Source: Fimbriosthenelais zetlandica (taxonomy: Eukaryota). Taken from it: a stretch of 64,000 nucleotides of DNA. The notes under the pieces were generated by a model. It was not told the DNA's origin. It saw only the letters and a program-made list of their open reading frames with translations, and ran no database searches. The DNA is taken from NCBI GenBank assembly GCA_977030845.1, contig OZ365113.1, positions 14,508,001 to 14,572,000 on the forward strand, in the 5' to 3' direction. The translations under genes and the position numbers were made by a program. This document shows, in pieces, positions 1 through 12,100 of this stretch (position 1 is its first letter; each line of letters starts with the position of its first letter).

Positions 1-1268
1 TCGAGGAAAAGTTAACTGGATCCCAAACACCTCATGGCTGACACTTGAACGCATACAAATTATGTTTTTGTAGAGTTTGGGTGTGGATAAGTGTCAGACA
101 TGCAGTGAACATACTCCAGTTTATGACGCCGCATTCGTGGACTGATATAATTCAGTGACCAGGCCAATTACTAAGTAAATTTTATTAGTTCAATATAATA
201 TTATAATTAAAGTGTCACATTTTATTCGCTAATGTGATTTTGAAGTGTCAGCATGAGGACACTTTGAATACATTTTTGGAAAAAAAATCTGATATTTTCA
301 GAAGTCAGATACCAAAAGTGAGATTTTCGAGAAATAATTACAGGAAACAATCCGAAATTCCAAACTTGTGAGCTATATAAAGGGCCTCATTTAAAAAGAA
401 AGGCAGATTATATCAGTGCACCAAAAACCACTCTGGAATTCACTGGACATCAGGGGGTGCATTATGGGAGCAGTCAAGTCAAGATGATTGGTAATTGCCC
501 ACCCCACCCCGACCTGAGCCGGGTGACGAAGGTGAATCAATAATTGGTATTCAATACTCTCACTCGATACGAAAGCCCATTTTTCACATATGAGAGTAGA
601 GTGAAGAATCGTTACTTTCTGGGTGTGTTTTATATATACACATTGGAAGATTTTCTGAAGTATATTAACAATTTTCAATAACATGTACGTATGTTTATCA
701 GACACAATGACGTAAAATCGATTTCTTAATGTCTCATTTCTGTATATAACACATAGCGTTACAATGATAAAATGCAAATAAGAACTAATCGATATTTAAA
801 TATGATCTTAAATACTGCAACGTATGTTTAAATGAAGAATTAATATTAACGTAGAGGTATGTTGGAGATATGCATGAACGTAATCATATTATACTAAATT
901 TATACACAGTTACTGCATGAGGGCGGGAATGCTGGGTTTGAATGAAAAACACGCCTTTTCTACCACGCGTGACTCATTCCCCTGGAGAAACACAAATATA
1001 ATCACTATGACAATATAATTTCAGGTATTTCCAGAAGAGTTTTGAGATCTCACTGAGAATCAAGTATAGGGGTAATGAATAAAGTCAAACTGTGTGTCCG
1101 CAATCTATGAGTATATCACATGGAGGCTGGTTGGCCAGTATTGCACATAGAGAATCATTCATGCTCTGACTCTCACTCATCCACTCTTGTGAGGCGGTAT
1201 ATGAAGAATTATAATTAATATATACACCGATCAAGTCCCCATAAATATCATCCATGACATATACCGCT

Positions 1269-4200
1269 CTAAGAGTCGTCCGACTCGTGAGGACGCGCCG
1301 CCGCCCGCACGCGTCGTTGATAACAACTAGTCTGTTTTATCTCTGCCCACATTATAGGTGATATACAGGCAATGGTGGCCAGGTTCTGAAAACACAAAAT
1401 CAAATAGGTTTGCACGGTACACGTTTATACAACTGAAAAAATTGGACTCTGAAAATGATGTGGTAAAAACCTTATAAACTGAAAATTGCTTACCATGATC
1501 ATGAATAGATAGAAGACCTTTTGCCAGCCCAACCATAACTGAATTACTGGTACTAACAACTGAAAGCAAAAAATATTATATTTACTACAAATATATATAT
1601 AGAACAATTTTCCCCGTCCATTTTACTGTCCACATTTACTGGTTGGAAATGTACTATTATTATAAAGGAGAATTTAGAGGGGTACAGGACCACACCTCAC
1701 CTCAAAGATGACATTTTTGTCGCTAAAATAAAATATTTGGACCAACGTTATAACGCCTGATCCCTTACTTATTCTTTTTTGCATTTTTTTCATATTTTAT
1801 TTCTCACCTGACCAATGGCACCTCCAACGCTGCCTGTCCCGTCCACAATACCCGTCACTGTTGCCAAGGCTTCCTTATTTCCACCTACCGCTTCTTGCTT
1901 GCCTAGAGAGAAAAGTAACCTTTTAAACCCATATTTCAGCAGAATGGGTAATAATTTAATTCAGTAGTTATGTCAAAGACACCTACCTAGATCAGCAGAT
2001 ATGGCTGAACTAATGAGGTTGGCGGGACCACCAATCCAGAAGCCTGTCACAGCCATTAACACCGAATTGATGGTTCTGTCATTAGGGGAAACTGAAAGTA
2101 TTAAGAGGAATCGAGAAAAACATTCTCTTTAAATACAGTATAGACATTCGTGTCAGGGAAAATGCTACCAACAGGCTACCAACTTTAATGATGTCCTTTA
2201 CAAGATTTAAAAATAATTCTATGTGCAGGCGATAGTATATATATATATTTTTAGTATATATATGCGATGTAGCTATCTAGTAGGTGTACAGTAGATACTT
2301 ACCACTGTAACCGTAGAGAGCTGGTAAGGAAAAAGTCAACATGACTACACATACAGAGGCACGCTGCCTTAGACGATCCTGTAACAGATTGTAGAATGAC
2401 AGTCTATAGAGTTACTTAAATTATTTGTTCAGTAATAAAGCTAACTGAGGAAACAAGCGACTATAGTATAGGTAATAGACTTACCGATATAGCCCCTCCA
2501 ATGGCGCCACCTATGATACCACCAACATCATACCATATGGAGATTTCATCCGCTAAGCTATCAGGCCAATTAAATTGACTGTTGAGGTAAAAAGGCAGCC
2601 AGAAGAAGAATGCGTAGTTTACCATCTTCAGAAAGGCGTATGAAAGGGAGTACTGTAAAGAACAAATTAAAGATTACATAATATATCAATTCAAATGTTT
2701 ATTCAACAGCCTATGTTTGTCAAAGTGTCAATGAAACATTAATTTCATGGTCTGATTATAATAGCAACATTTACTTTCTGAAGAAAATTACATTCTGAGC
2801 CACTTACTGGAATAACACCAGGTAGGCGTAAAGCTTTCCAGAAACCGAGAGCAGTGGGCAACTGGGCGGGTGTGGTGGATACGGCCTGTATGACAGCAAC
2901 ATCTCCCTCCTCATCTTCTTCCTCCTCATGACTCAACAACGGTTCATGATCTGGAAAATGAGAGACGCACAAAGGTAAGTAAACTGCATTGTCTATTACA
3001 GTACATTTTTATCCTCCATATATAACAGCGAACACAAGAAATGACCTGAAATTAACTATAGCTGCTATTCACCTGCACTACTGTTGACTGGTTCTTGTAC
3101 GTCTTCTTCGTCAGGTCCTTTCAACCCTGAATAATATAGAACAGAGAATGGAATTATGAATCATGCATTACGCTTCAAATCAAATGATGAAATCACACCT
3201 GTTGTGACATATGCAAAAAGATATTTAGAAGATTTAAATTCTAATATTAGCAATTTAACGAATTTTAATTATAATTTTAACATGGCTGTTAAATACCAAT
3301 AACATTAATATCACGGTAATTATTCAACTAGTAGGACTCACCAACTTCACGAGGATGGGGTACAAGCCCAAAGAATATGAGAATACCTCCGGAGAAGAGA
3401 ACACTTGCCGGGACTAGAAATGCATACTTGGCAAAGAAGAGAAAAGATGTAGTGAGAATGTTTAGATATAAATGAAAGAGAAGCAGAGGACACAATTAGA
3501 TTATAAAGCATTTCGACCTGAGGTGATACCGGCATTTAATTTTATCATAACAAAACTGATATATCATACTTACATCATAACCAAAGATGAGTACTTTAGA
3601 AACCATAAGGGCACCGATGATGTTTCCAACTGAAGCACAGGCACTCCAAATCCCCATGACAAAGCCACGACTAAAACCATATTAATATGTCAATAATTAA
3701 TAACGTTTCTCGAACATTATTACTGACAGAAATAGCAAATGAATTATCAGGATAATTTACCTTGACTGTCCGAACCAGTTTCCCATTACTGCCACCATAG
3801 CTGGCCAGCCAGTAGATTGTAAAAGGCCATTCAAGATCCAGAAAATCATGTAGTAAACGGGGTTGTATATATGAAGATATTCACTCATGGACCCAAAGAG
3901 GAAAACCTATTAATATAAAAAAGGTGATTTTCTGGTATTCGAATTACAGATTTAAATAATATACATAATAAAGCACCTTTATTGTATCTACAATAAGATA
4001 GAGGTATAGAATAGACAATAGACTTACTGATACGGCCGACGTGCACATTCCAAAGGTCAAAACAAGTCTCATATTGAACCTATGGGTGGAAGGAAAATAT
4101 GTTATCAGTAGGACTATATAAATATAAACAGGGGATTAACGATAAATTTGAAGAGATCGATGAAAAATCTAGATTTATTTATTATATCACAGGACAAAGG

Positions 4201-5429
4201 TGACACTTACCTGTCACCAACTACACCACTAATGAAGAGGCCCTAGAGTTAAAAACAATATAGATATATCACAAGTATTTCACATTGACCTATTATTTTA
4301 GTATCGTTGAATTCTAAATATTTGATTAGAAAGTAAAATTATGAAATAAATTGTTTTATTTCAGAATACTTACAATTGCATAAGAAAAAAGGAATGCAGC
4401 ATCTAAAGCCCCAAGGAAGTATTCAGCTTTCTTTTCGTCGGAAAATACATGCCTCACATTCCATATCTGTAGAAAACAGACAGAAACAGATAAGAAAGAT
4501 CTTATTCATTCTATAAATTATGGAATATCTCAAAACAATTGTAATAAAAACGATTTATCATTCAGTAGGCCTATTCTAATTGTACAAGCAAAGCTTTAGG
4601 CCACAAAGTAATCTACAACACCAAAGAATAGATACTGTAATATAGACCTGTAAGACAGTTAAAGGGACATGGTACTACTGTAATACCGGTAAGTACCCTA
4701 ATCCTGCTGGTAGGCTCTACAGTATTTATTAATACAGTACCGCTATATACAATGTATGATGAACAGAAACAGCGTATTATTCATAAATATCCTTTAGGCC
4801 TACAGGTCGTTAAGATAATATTGATCATAATAAAGGCACTGGCAGGGCCTATCTAAATCCACCCACCGTATCAGGCAAAGTTCTGTTGATAGTTTCATTG
4901 CTGAAAGTCGGTGTCCATTCTTGGGATATGGTGTGTTTCACATTACTGAATGTTTTTCTTGTTGCATGAAAATAGGCATATCTGAAAGAAATCCAGACTT
5001 TTTATTTGTTATAAATGTTACAAGAAGAGGATAATCATACTGTTAGGTACGGTAGAAATGGCCATGGGAGCATGATGATGATCATGCATGTAGCATGGTG
5101 ATACAATCTACATGTACCGATCTACATGTACTTTTTAACCAGTTTCATATAAATTCATGTAATATGTACCGGTACCGGGTATAACCTTTAACCTAATCCC
5201 AGATAATTAAAATAACATTTATTTTGACATGGGAGATTAGGTGTTCCTAAATCAAGCACCCAGGTATTTGAACATGTTTTCATATTCACCCTACCTTGAA
5301 AATGTATATATAAATTTAGATTCCTAGAGGGGGGTAGGCCTAATATGACAATGTGGGCAGGATTGCCAAAAATCTGAAAATTCCCCCACCCCAAGACCCC
5401 CAGGAATTTTTGAGTTTTTTCAGCTCCCA

Positions 5430-5460
<31 letters not shown>

Positions 5461-5793
5461 CAACACTGTTAATAATAGTGTTATCATAGCCTATATACTC
5501 ATAGCCATAGGCATAGCGGGTATCATAGACATAGTCATAGGCACAGCCATACTACGCCCATACCCGCGCCCATAGCATAGGCATAGCAATTAGCATAGCC
5601 ATAGGCCATATCTGCTGTTACCTAATTCTAAAGGCCTATGAATAGCCTGTCAGCAGTGGTCAGACCAAGAAATGGACAAACCTGTGATATTAAATTAATC
5701 ATTAATCAATATAATTAAATCAATAAAAGGCAAAATAACTAACCCTAAAAACGTCAACACGAACACACTAACATGATGCCTGGTCCACGCCAT
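1269..5793 (-). CDS. SLC37A3: Sugar-phosphate exchanger, MFS/SLC37 family (multi-exon)
   Basis: Hand-spliced exons with GT-AG ends. Exon 1 (5793-5744, MAWTRHHVSVFVLTFLG) joins in phase to exon 2 (4981-4867, YAYFHATRKTFSNVK). Internal exons give GLFISGVVGDR, LQSTGWPAMVAVMGNWFG, GFWKALRLPGVIP, LKMVNYAFFFWLPFYL and ALATVTGIVDGTGSVGGAIGQ. Last exon ends ...HESDDS, TAG at 1269-1271. These motifs match SLC37A3 from memory. Confidence 0.92.
5430..5459 (+). repeat. G30 homopolymer in SLC37A3 intron 1
   Basis: Run of 30 G read directly from the sequence; it explains the poly-Pro ORF at 5188-5487. Confidence 0.95.
5485..5610 (+). repeat. Degenerate (CATAGN)n hexamer repeat in SLC37A3 intron 1
   Basis: Repeated catagc/catagg/cataga/catagt units. 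Confidence 0.8.
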
Positions 5794-5891
5794 TTTGCAA
5801 ACAAGCAGTCACATGATTTAACCTTTAGTCACATGATCCACTCTGTTGTCGCTTTACGCCGCTGAGTGGCAAGGCAGCACCATCGTCAAAC
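5794..5891. promoter_or_regulatory. 98-bp bidirectional promoter/5'UTR region between SLC37A3 and the F-box gene, with two M-box/CLEAR-like motifs
   Basis: Divergent ATGs at 5793 (-) and 5892 (+). GTCACATGA at 5808-5816 and 5828-5836. Both ATGs lie in an AANATGGCG (YY1-type) context. Confidence 0.7.
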
Positions 5892-7022
5892 ATGGCGGAC
5901 AGAGGCACGCTAGACCGATCTTTACTTATGAATTTTTGTGGATCTTTCTTGATTTTCCCTCTTGTGTTCATCATTTTTAAGCTCGTGGACACCCTCGGTA
6001 CAACTAAGACCAAAAGGAAAAATTTCATCCGGAATTCAAGGTCTCTAAAACTTGAAAACCGTAGAAAACCTCTTCCCAGCCTCCCAGATGAGTGTATTAT
6101 TGACATAATGCAATATCTGGGTCACGATGACCTACTTCGATGTCGGTATGTTTGTAAACGTTGGGACTACCTCGCGTGTTCTCCCACTCTGTGGCAACAT
6201 GTTGATTTCTCATGGATAAAGAAGAGGAGTCATTTTCATTCCGTTAGGAGACGTATGACTGAGAAATATATAGAATGGATCACAGAAACCGCAGTGAAAG
6301 TCACGTCTGTCATTTATGAACCATCTCGCTTGGTAGACGAGAGAACATCAGCATACCTTGCAAGGCTGTTTGCTTCACAACAGTGTTCTAAGTTTCTGAC
6401 ACATGTCCGCTTCAGCTGGGTTAATTCAAGTGATGAAATATCATCAGCAAAATTTGATGAGGGGTTTGTGCTTTTTCTCGCAATTTTGACTATTTTGAGT
6501 GACCACTGCAGAAAACTCCATTATATGAATTTACAGTTCTACTGGACTCGTGATTCTGTTGAAACGCTCTCGAAGATGGAAAGCCTACAGAAATTAGAAC
6601 TCATAAGTGTGCCTCATATCCATGTCATGCAACGATGGCATCTACAAAAGCTTCTTGGATCCCTTCCCAACCTTCGCAAGTTGCGTCTGCATGTTACATG
6701 TCTCCAACGAGAAAATCAGAAATATTCTCTGGCTTCAGATACGCTTGAAATACTTGACATATCTAATTCTGTTAATTTTCATATAGCAGAAATGAACCTT
6801 CCGAGACTTAGTTCTTTCACAGCTAACATGGTACGCTATAGTAAGGTGACCAAGGAATGTTTATTTGAAGTATTGTGTGCAGGTTGCCCATCCCTAATGC
6901 AACTGAACGAAATGTCCCGTTCTAAAATTGGATTTGAAAATTTCCATTTGAATGAAACTGATATGCTTGAAATGAAAATATGCAGCTGTATACGACATAG
7001 GCATCACAGTGAAACAATGTAA
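5892..7022 (+). CDS. Intronless F-box/LRR-like protein with N-terminal hydrophobic anchor, 376 aa
   Basis: F-box motif LPSLPDECIIDIMQYLGHDDLLRCRYVCKRWDYLACSPTLWQHVDF. C-terminal LxxLxL repeats (LQKLEL, LPNLRKLRL, LEILDIS, LPRLSSF, CPSLMQL). Hydrophobic SLLMNFCGSFLIFPLVFIIFKLV near the N-terminus. Confidence 0.88.
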   Translation: MADRGTLDRSLLMNFCGSFLIFPLVFIIFKLVDTLGTTKTKRKNFIRNSRSLKLENRRKPLPSLPDECIIDIMQYLGHDDLLRCRYVCKRWDYLACSPTLWQHVDFSWIKKRSHFHSVRRRMTEKYIEWITETAVKVTSVIYEPSRLVDERTSAYLARLFASQQCSKFLTHVRFSWVNSSDEISSAKFDEGFVLFLAILTILSDHCRKLHYMNLQFYWTRDSVETLSKMESLQKLELISVPHIHVMQRWHLQKLLGSLPNLRKLRLHVTCLQRENQKYSLASDTLEILDISNSVNFHIAEMNLPRLSSFTANMVRYSKVTKECLFEVLCAGCPSLMQLNEMSRSKIGFENFHLNETDMLEMKICSCIRHRHHSETM

Positions 7023-9137
7023 AGGTATACAGGTACAGGTATTTAATTTATTAAACATAAGATCTAGTTTGACATAAGTTCAAACAACTACTGAAAAGCA
7101 CACAGATATAGGGTTGCTCCAAGTAGACCGATCAACAGTGTTGGAATCGAGATCTGTTCAGAACTACTGCTGAAAGGCTAAAAAAGAAAAAATAGCGCTG
7201 GCAAGAGTGAGATTTTAGTCCTTCAAGAATGCAATTAAATAAAAGAAAAGAATATATGTCGGAAAATATACTAGCTGCTTTCATAAAAGCCAATGAAACC
7301 CGTAAATATATCACTCTGAATACAACCTTCTTGTCGCTTTGACTTGAAAATAATGTTGATCACATTTTAAGTACTTATTTGAATATGTACAATAGATGGG
7401 TAGTCAATAAATCTCTGCAAGAATTAGCGTTTAAATGGCCCCTATCGTCGGTGGAATATTATGTTTCTCTCTTATTGTAAGTAATGGCGAATACATCTTG
7501 TAAACTTTAATATATGTTTGTAAGACTCATGGTATCAGGCCATCATCTAATTTGCCTTTGACAAAATATTTAAACATTTAATATTTCTAATCTCATGAAG
7601 AGTGCGTTGCGAGCATTTACATAATATAATTCCTCTCAACTATGTTTAGAAGATAAATTCTGGTGAGAACTAAAATAAGGTTCGATACCAAACGCCATCA
7701 AATGATATACCGGTAAATACTGTTCTTTTGCACATCATCTAAATATTATGAAGAAATTATCTTGCTTCAACATTTTCATAAAGTCAATTAAGTATCAAAA
7801 TACTGACATCTGTAACCGATATTTACGATTTCCCACAGAAAATTTGATAAAACATCATGTAGCAGAGTAACTTGTGCGTGGCTTTTTACGGAAATTTTTC
7901 CACAATATTGCTGTCTTTTAGGAAAAGTACACAAACCATCAAACTACGTTAATTTAAAATTTTGTCACCCTTATTACTTTGATTTAAGCCACAGTGTAAT
8001 AAATTAAGTGCCAACTTCCACTCTAACACCTATGTAAATGTGACATGGATGCAAGTGGGAAGGGGTAAATCTTTGTAAAAGTATTCAACTCCTAAACCAT
8101 TCGAAAAATACCTAAGAATACCATTATACACTATGTAACAGTAAATATTCTTGACGAAACCTAAGGTTGAGAACAAATGAATTACATCTGGATATGGAGT
8201 GTGCATTCTGTTTGCCTGGATTTTATATTGGAATGCTCTAGAGAATGAATCAATTGATCCAAATAAAAGTAAATAGTTTTAAATTTTGTAATGTGAGATT
8301 CTCACGGGACACATTATCATAATGGCTTAGGGCATCCTTTATGGGAAACCTCCATTATCACCGGTGCGTACATCATGCAAGTGCTGAGAAACAAAAGACA
8401 TCCTTACTTGGACAAAATCCCCAGTGTATACTCTGGATATGGCTATAAAAACCTTACTTTACGCTCAATTAAATATCTACTCCAACAAAATTTTATCCAT
8501 TCGACTACAAGGCTTCTTATATAAGCGACTTAGAAAAATTCCCTGATATTGATATATAAGGGAAAAGTTTGCCCAAAAGGGAACCTGTTACAATAGTTGT
8601 ATAATTGATATAGTACGTACATGTATGTTCTCAAAGCGGAAACATTAAATATCATAATAGCTTTGTCTACTTTTCACTACACCCTGATCTTATCCATTCT
8701 CTTATGTATAGTCATATATAGCCACCATGTTGGTAAAACACACGGGTTATTACAAACTGGGAATTATCCAAAGGATCCTCTAATCCTGATACATTCAATT
8801 TACATTCCCAATATTGTACACACCTTACTAATAAAACATGAGGTGACCGAAACTAAAAAGAGTAGGTTTGGTTAGACGTTACAAGGTCCTCCAAAGCTTG
8901 CTACCATGTGAATTGTTACCATAGGTAACACTTTCAGCTGGGTTACCGCATCTAGCTATCCTTTCGTGATGGCGAGGGTTACATCACTAAGGTGTGCACT
9001 TGTTACCCAACAAGGGTTACCAGGTGTGTCGGTAGAATTTGTTTATCACAATATTGTCCATTCATCCTCAATGGTAAATTATTTAAATTCCTTTACGGCA
9101 GGCATCTCAGATTTCTGCAGGACTAGAATATTGACAG

Positions 9138-12100
9138 TTAACGCCAGAAGTCTTGCCCTTCATGCCAACCATTCTCCACCAGACTGTCGATGATATTCTG
9201 GCTGCGGCCGGGCCAAACAGGATGATCCACTCTACTCATCTCATCAGCTACTGCCATAGCCGCTGCTTCTGGGGTAATCTTGTCCTTTGAGGCTTTTTCC
9301 AATATCTCCCTGGTTTTGCAGTATATCTGCAAGTAAGTTTTTCAAAAGTCACATGATTATTTGGTGATTATTTTCCTCTTTTTTGTTAGTCTTTTTAAAA
9401 TAGAATTTATTAACTATTGCTATACAATAGGTATAAGTTAATTGCGTTTTCATACCGAATTTTCCCAGTCCATTCCGAAGTGGCGTGTGATGGCGGGATC
9501 TTCAGGAAGTCGACCATAAGTTTCATTAGAGCAGTTGACAATTCCCTGAAATGTGAAAATTTTATTAAAATAAATTTTCACTCTGAATAATCACTTTCTA
9601 CAAATATCGACAATGTCCATGTAAGCAATGAAATCTCATGAGGCCAAAGTATTTTTAATGATATTAAAAACTATGATTTTGTATTAGGAAAATTAACCAA
9701 AAGTGACACACACCATACGGTTAGCGAGAAAATCGGGAATGTAAGTTATTCCCATGTCAGCCATGAGTTGACTGTCCCTTTCACGACCGAGTTGATTGTT
9801 GGCAGCACCACACACGATCTTAGTTTGCATCCGTTCTATTGTGTTCTTCTTAAGGACCTTAAATACAAGGGAAAGTCTATAATTTAAGGAATTTTAGAAA
9901 ATTAATATAAATCTCCCGACAGACCTAATCATTTTGGGAATTCCCTCTCATATACTTCCTGCCAAGCCACCCTGCAGGTAACATTTGATTCTATTGTAAT
10001 ATTTATTTACGAGTAGAAATTTTTTGCTTACATTTCCAAGTGCACAGGGAGAGAGAATATCACAGGGATAAGCGAGGACATCGTTTGAATCCAGGGGAAC
10101 TTTCTCCACAATTAATCGTCCTCTGTCCTGTATTAAGAAATTCGCATTAGCAGGCATACATGTATGTATGGGCGGTGTATGAAATATTATAATAAATAAA
10201 TATTATAATAAGTATTTCTTATCCATGTACCTCTTTTTTCAAAAGCTGCTTTTTCCATTTATAAGACCGGTTTTAATTTTGTATTCAATATACTGAAACC
10301 CACCTTTCCAGCAAACATGTCCAGCACATCGTGAACACGCTTCTGATTGCAATCGGTCACATAAATCTTGTCAACTTTCTTTTTGAGTAGCTCTTCGATT
10401 ACCACAACAGCTGAAAATGAACCGTGCAAAAACCGTGAATAAGGTGTACAGAAGTTTTATAAAGTTGGAAATTTTCAGAAAAGATAGAGATCTATCTTAG
10501 GTTTCAATAATTATAGCGATTATTAAATGCATAATTAACAGTACAACACTCAAACGAATAGGCCTACTTACACACATTTCCTGCGCCCTGAATGGCGACG
10601 GTTTTGCCTTCTAATGTTCCGATGTCCAAATGGTTAAGGGTTGCTTCCATAGCACATATGACACCTGTTACAAGCATTTAAATTGGGCAAAACGTAATAT
10701 AGGCAATATAAAATTCAACAATTTAATTACATGTGCATTATATCACATTCCGTGAAAACTACAGGTTTATTATATTAACTACAAACGGTCTCAACACACC
10801 TTTCCCCGTGGCAATGGATGGATTCCCTGATCCACCGAGATCTTCAGAGATACAAGTTGTGTATCTTGTCCGTGTGTGGACGTTGTCCAGGTCTGTTACT
10901 GTGAGACCAACGTCCTCAGCAGCAACTGAAAGAAAATTATCTTAGTGAATAAATTTCAGGACAATCAAAAATTTTGGGCTCTAAACAGGTGCCTGAAATA
11001 ATTTAGATAATGAGTCCAATTCTGGCCAATTGTAATAACGAGTATACCATAGCAACCATTGAGCGATGTCAGGAAATCTCCATAGTCAAAGAAAAGGTTC
11101 CTCCTGTACTCTGGATCGAGATGCTTGTTGCCCTCCGGTTCAGCAATGACACCTTTTCCACCGCCAGCCCTACAAAGGATAAGTATAAAACTTATTAACC
11201 AGTGTTCCCTAAAACTTTTTTCAGATGTTGGCCAACTTGGCCGGCGTCAGCATGCCACACGCCGTTTAGTAGAAACGCAGGCCAAATTTTTTTGCTCCTA
11301 TAAAAGCCATATTGAACAATTCAACAAATATAAAGATGCAGGAACAATTTATATGTGCCTATACTTCTCAAGCACCGTGCATTATTCGTCATATTATAGT
11401 AAATATTTGTTTACTAATTTGTCATCATATAAGGCGGGGGCTCTGAAAGATAGAGTGCACCCTCTAAAAACGTAGGCCTATCCATCCCCAAAGAATATAT
11501 CAATGGCTACCATTCATTTAACATTGAGCATTAGTTCCCGATTTTGTTGGTGGTGGGGTAGTCGCATGGGGCAGAAGACCTCTTATCTTAGTTCCTTCGT
11601 TTGCCCTATAGGTGGCGAGGGAGCTAAAACCCCTAATATCGCTCACTTCTCATTTCTCTCGCCGTTCACAGGTTTACAGGCAGCGTGGCTCTGTTCTTTT
11701 GGATGCAATAGATTTTCCATGTAAATTTACTAACTGATTTCAATTCTGGCTGATTTAGGTTCTTTAATAGATCTACAAACGCCGTCTGAAAATTCCTAGC
11801 GATGCCGGCATTAACCGGAAACAGTGCTGGCACCTGGTGGTTTACCGCTGAGGTAAAGGCGCGTGGGAGCTCAGTTCACTCTCGATGCACAAGGTAAACA
11901 CTAGGTGGCTGCACTGTATCATAGCCAGACCAAGGGCATAGAAGTTGAGAGACTCTTCTATGTCGATTTCCCTTGGCAAGGGAAATCGACCATCCCTGAC
12001 CAGACTAATCCTGGGGCATCGCTCAGCATTTTTACATTATAGGAAAGCACCAAAATCATCCAGAAATCTTTCGGACTGACATCTGACGTCTGAATGATTA

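Noticed and set aside
391-777. 128-aa minus-strand ORF
   Set aside because: No recognisable motif; AT-rich, downstream of the SLC37A3 stop; likely a chance ORF.
5188-5487. ORF with poly-proline
   Set aside because: Produced by the G30 homopolymer within an intron.
5825-6106. 93-aa minus-strand ORF
   Set aside because: Antisense shadow of the F-box CDS.
11201-11320. CAGTGTTCCC... segment resembling a hAT element end
   Set aside because: No matching opposite terminus or TSD found.
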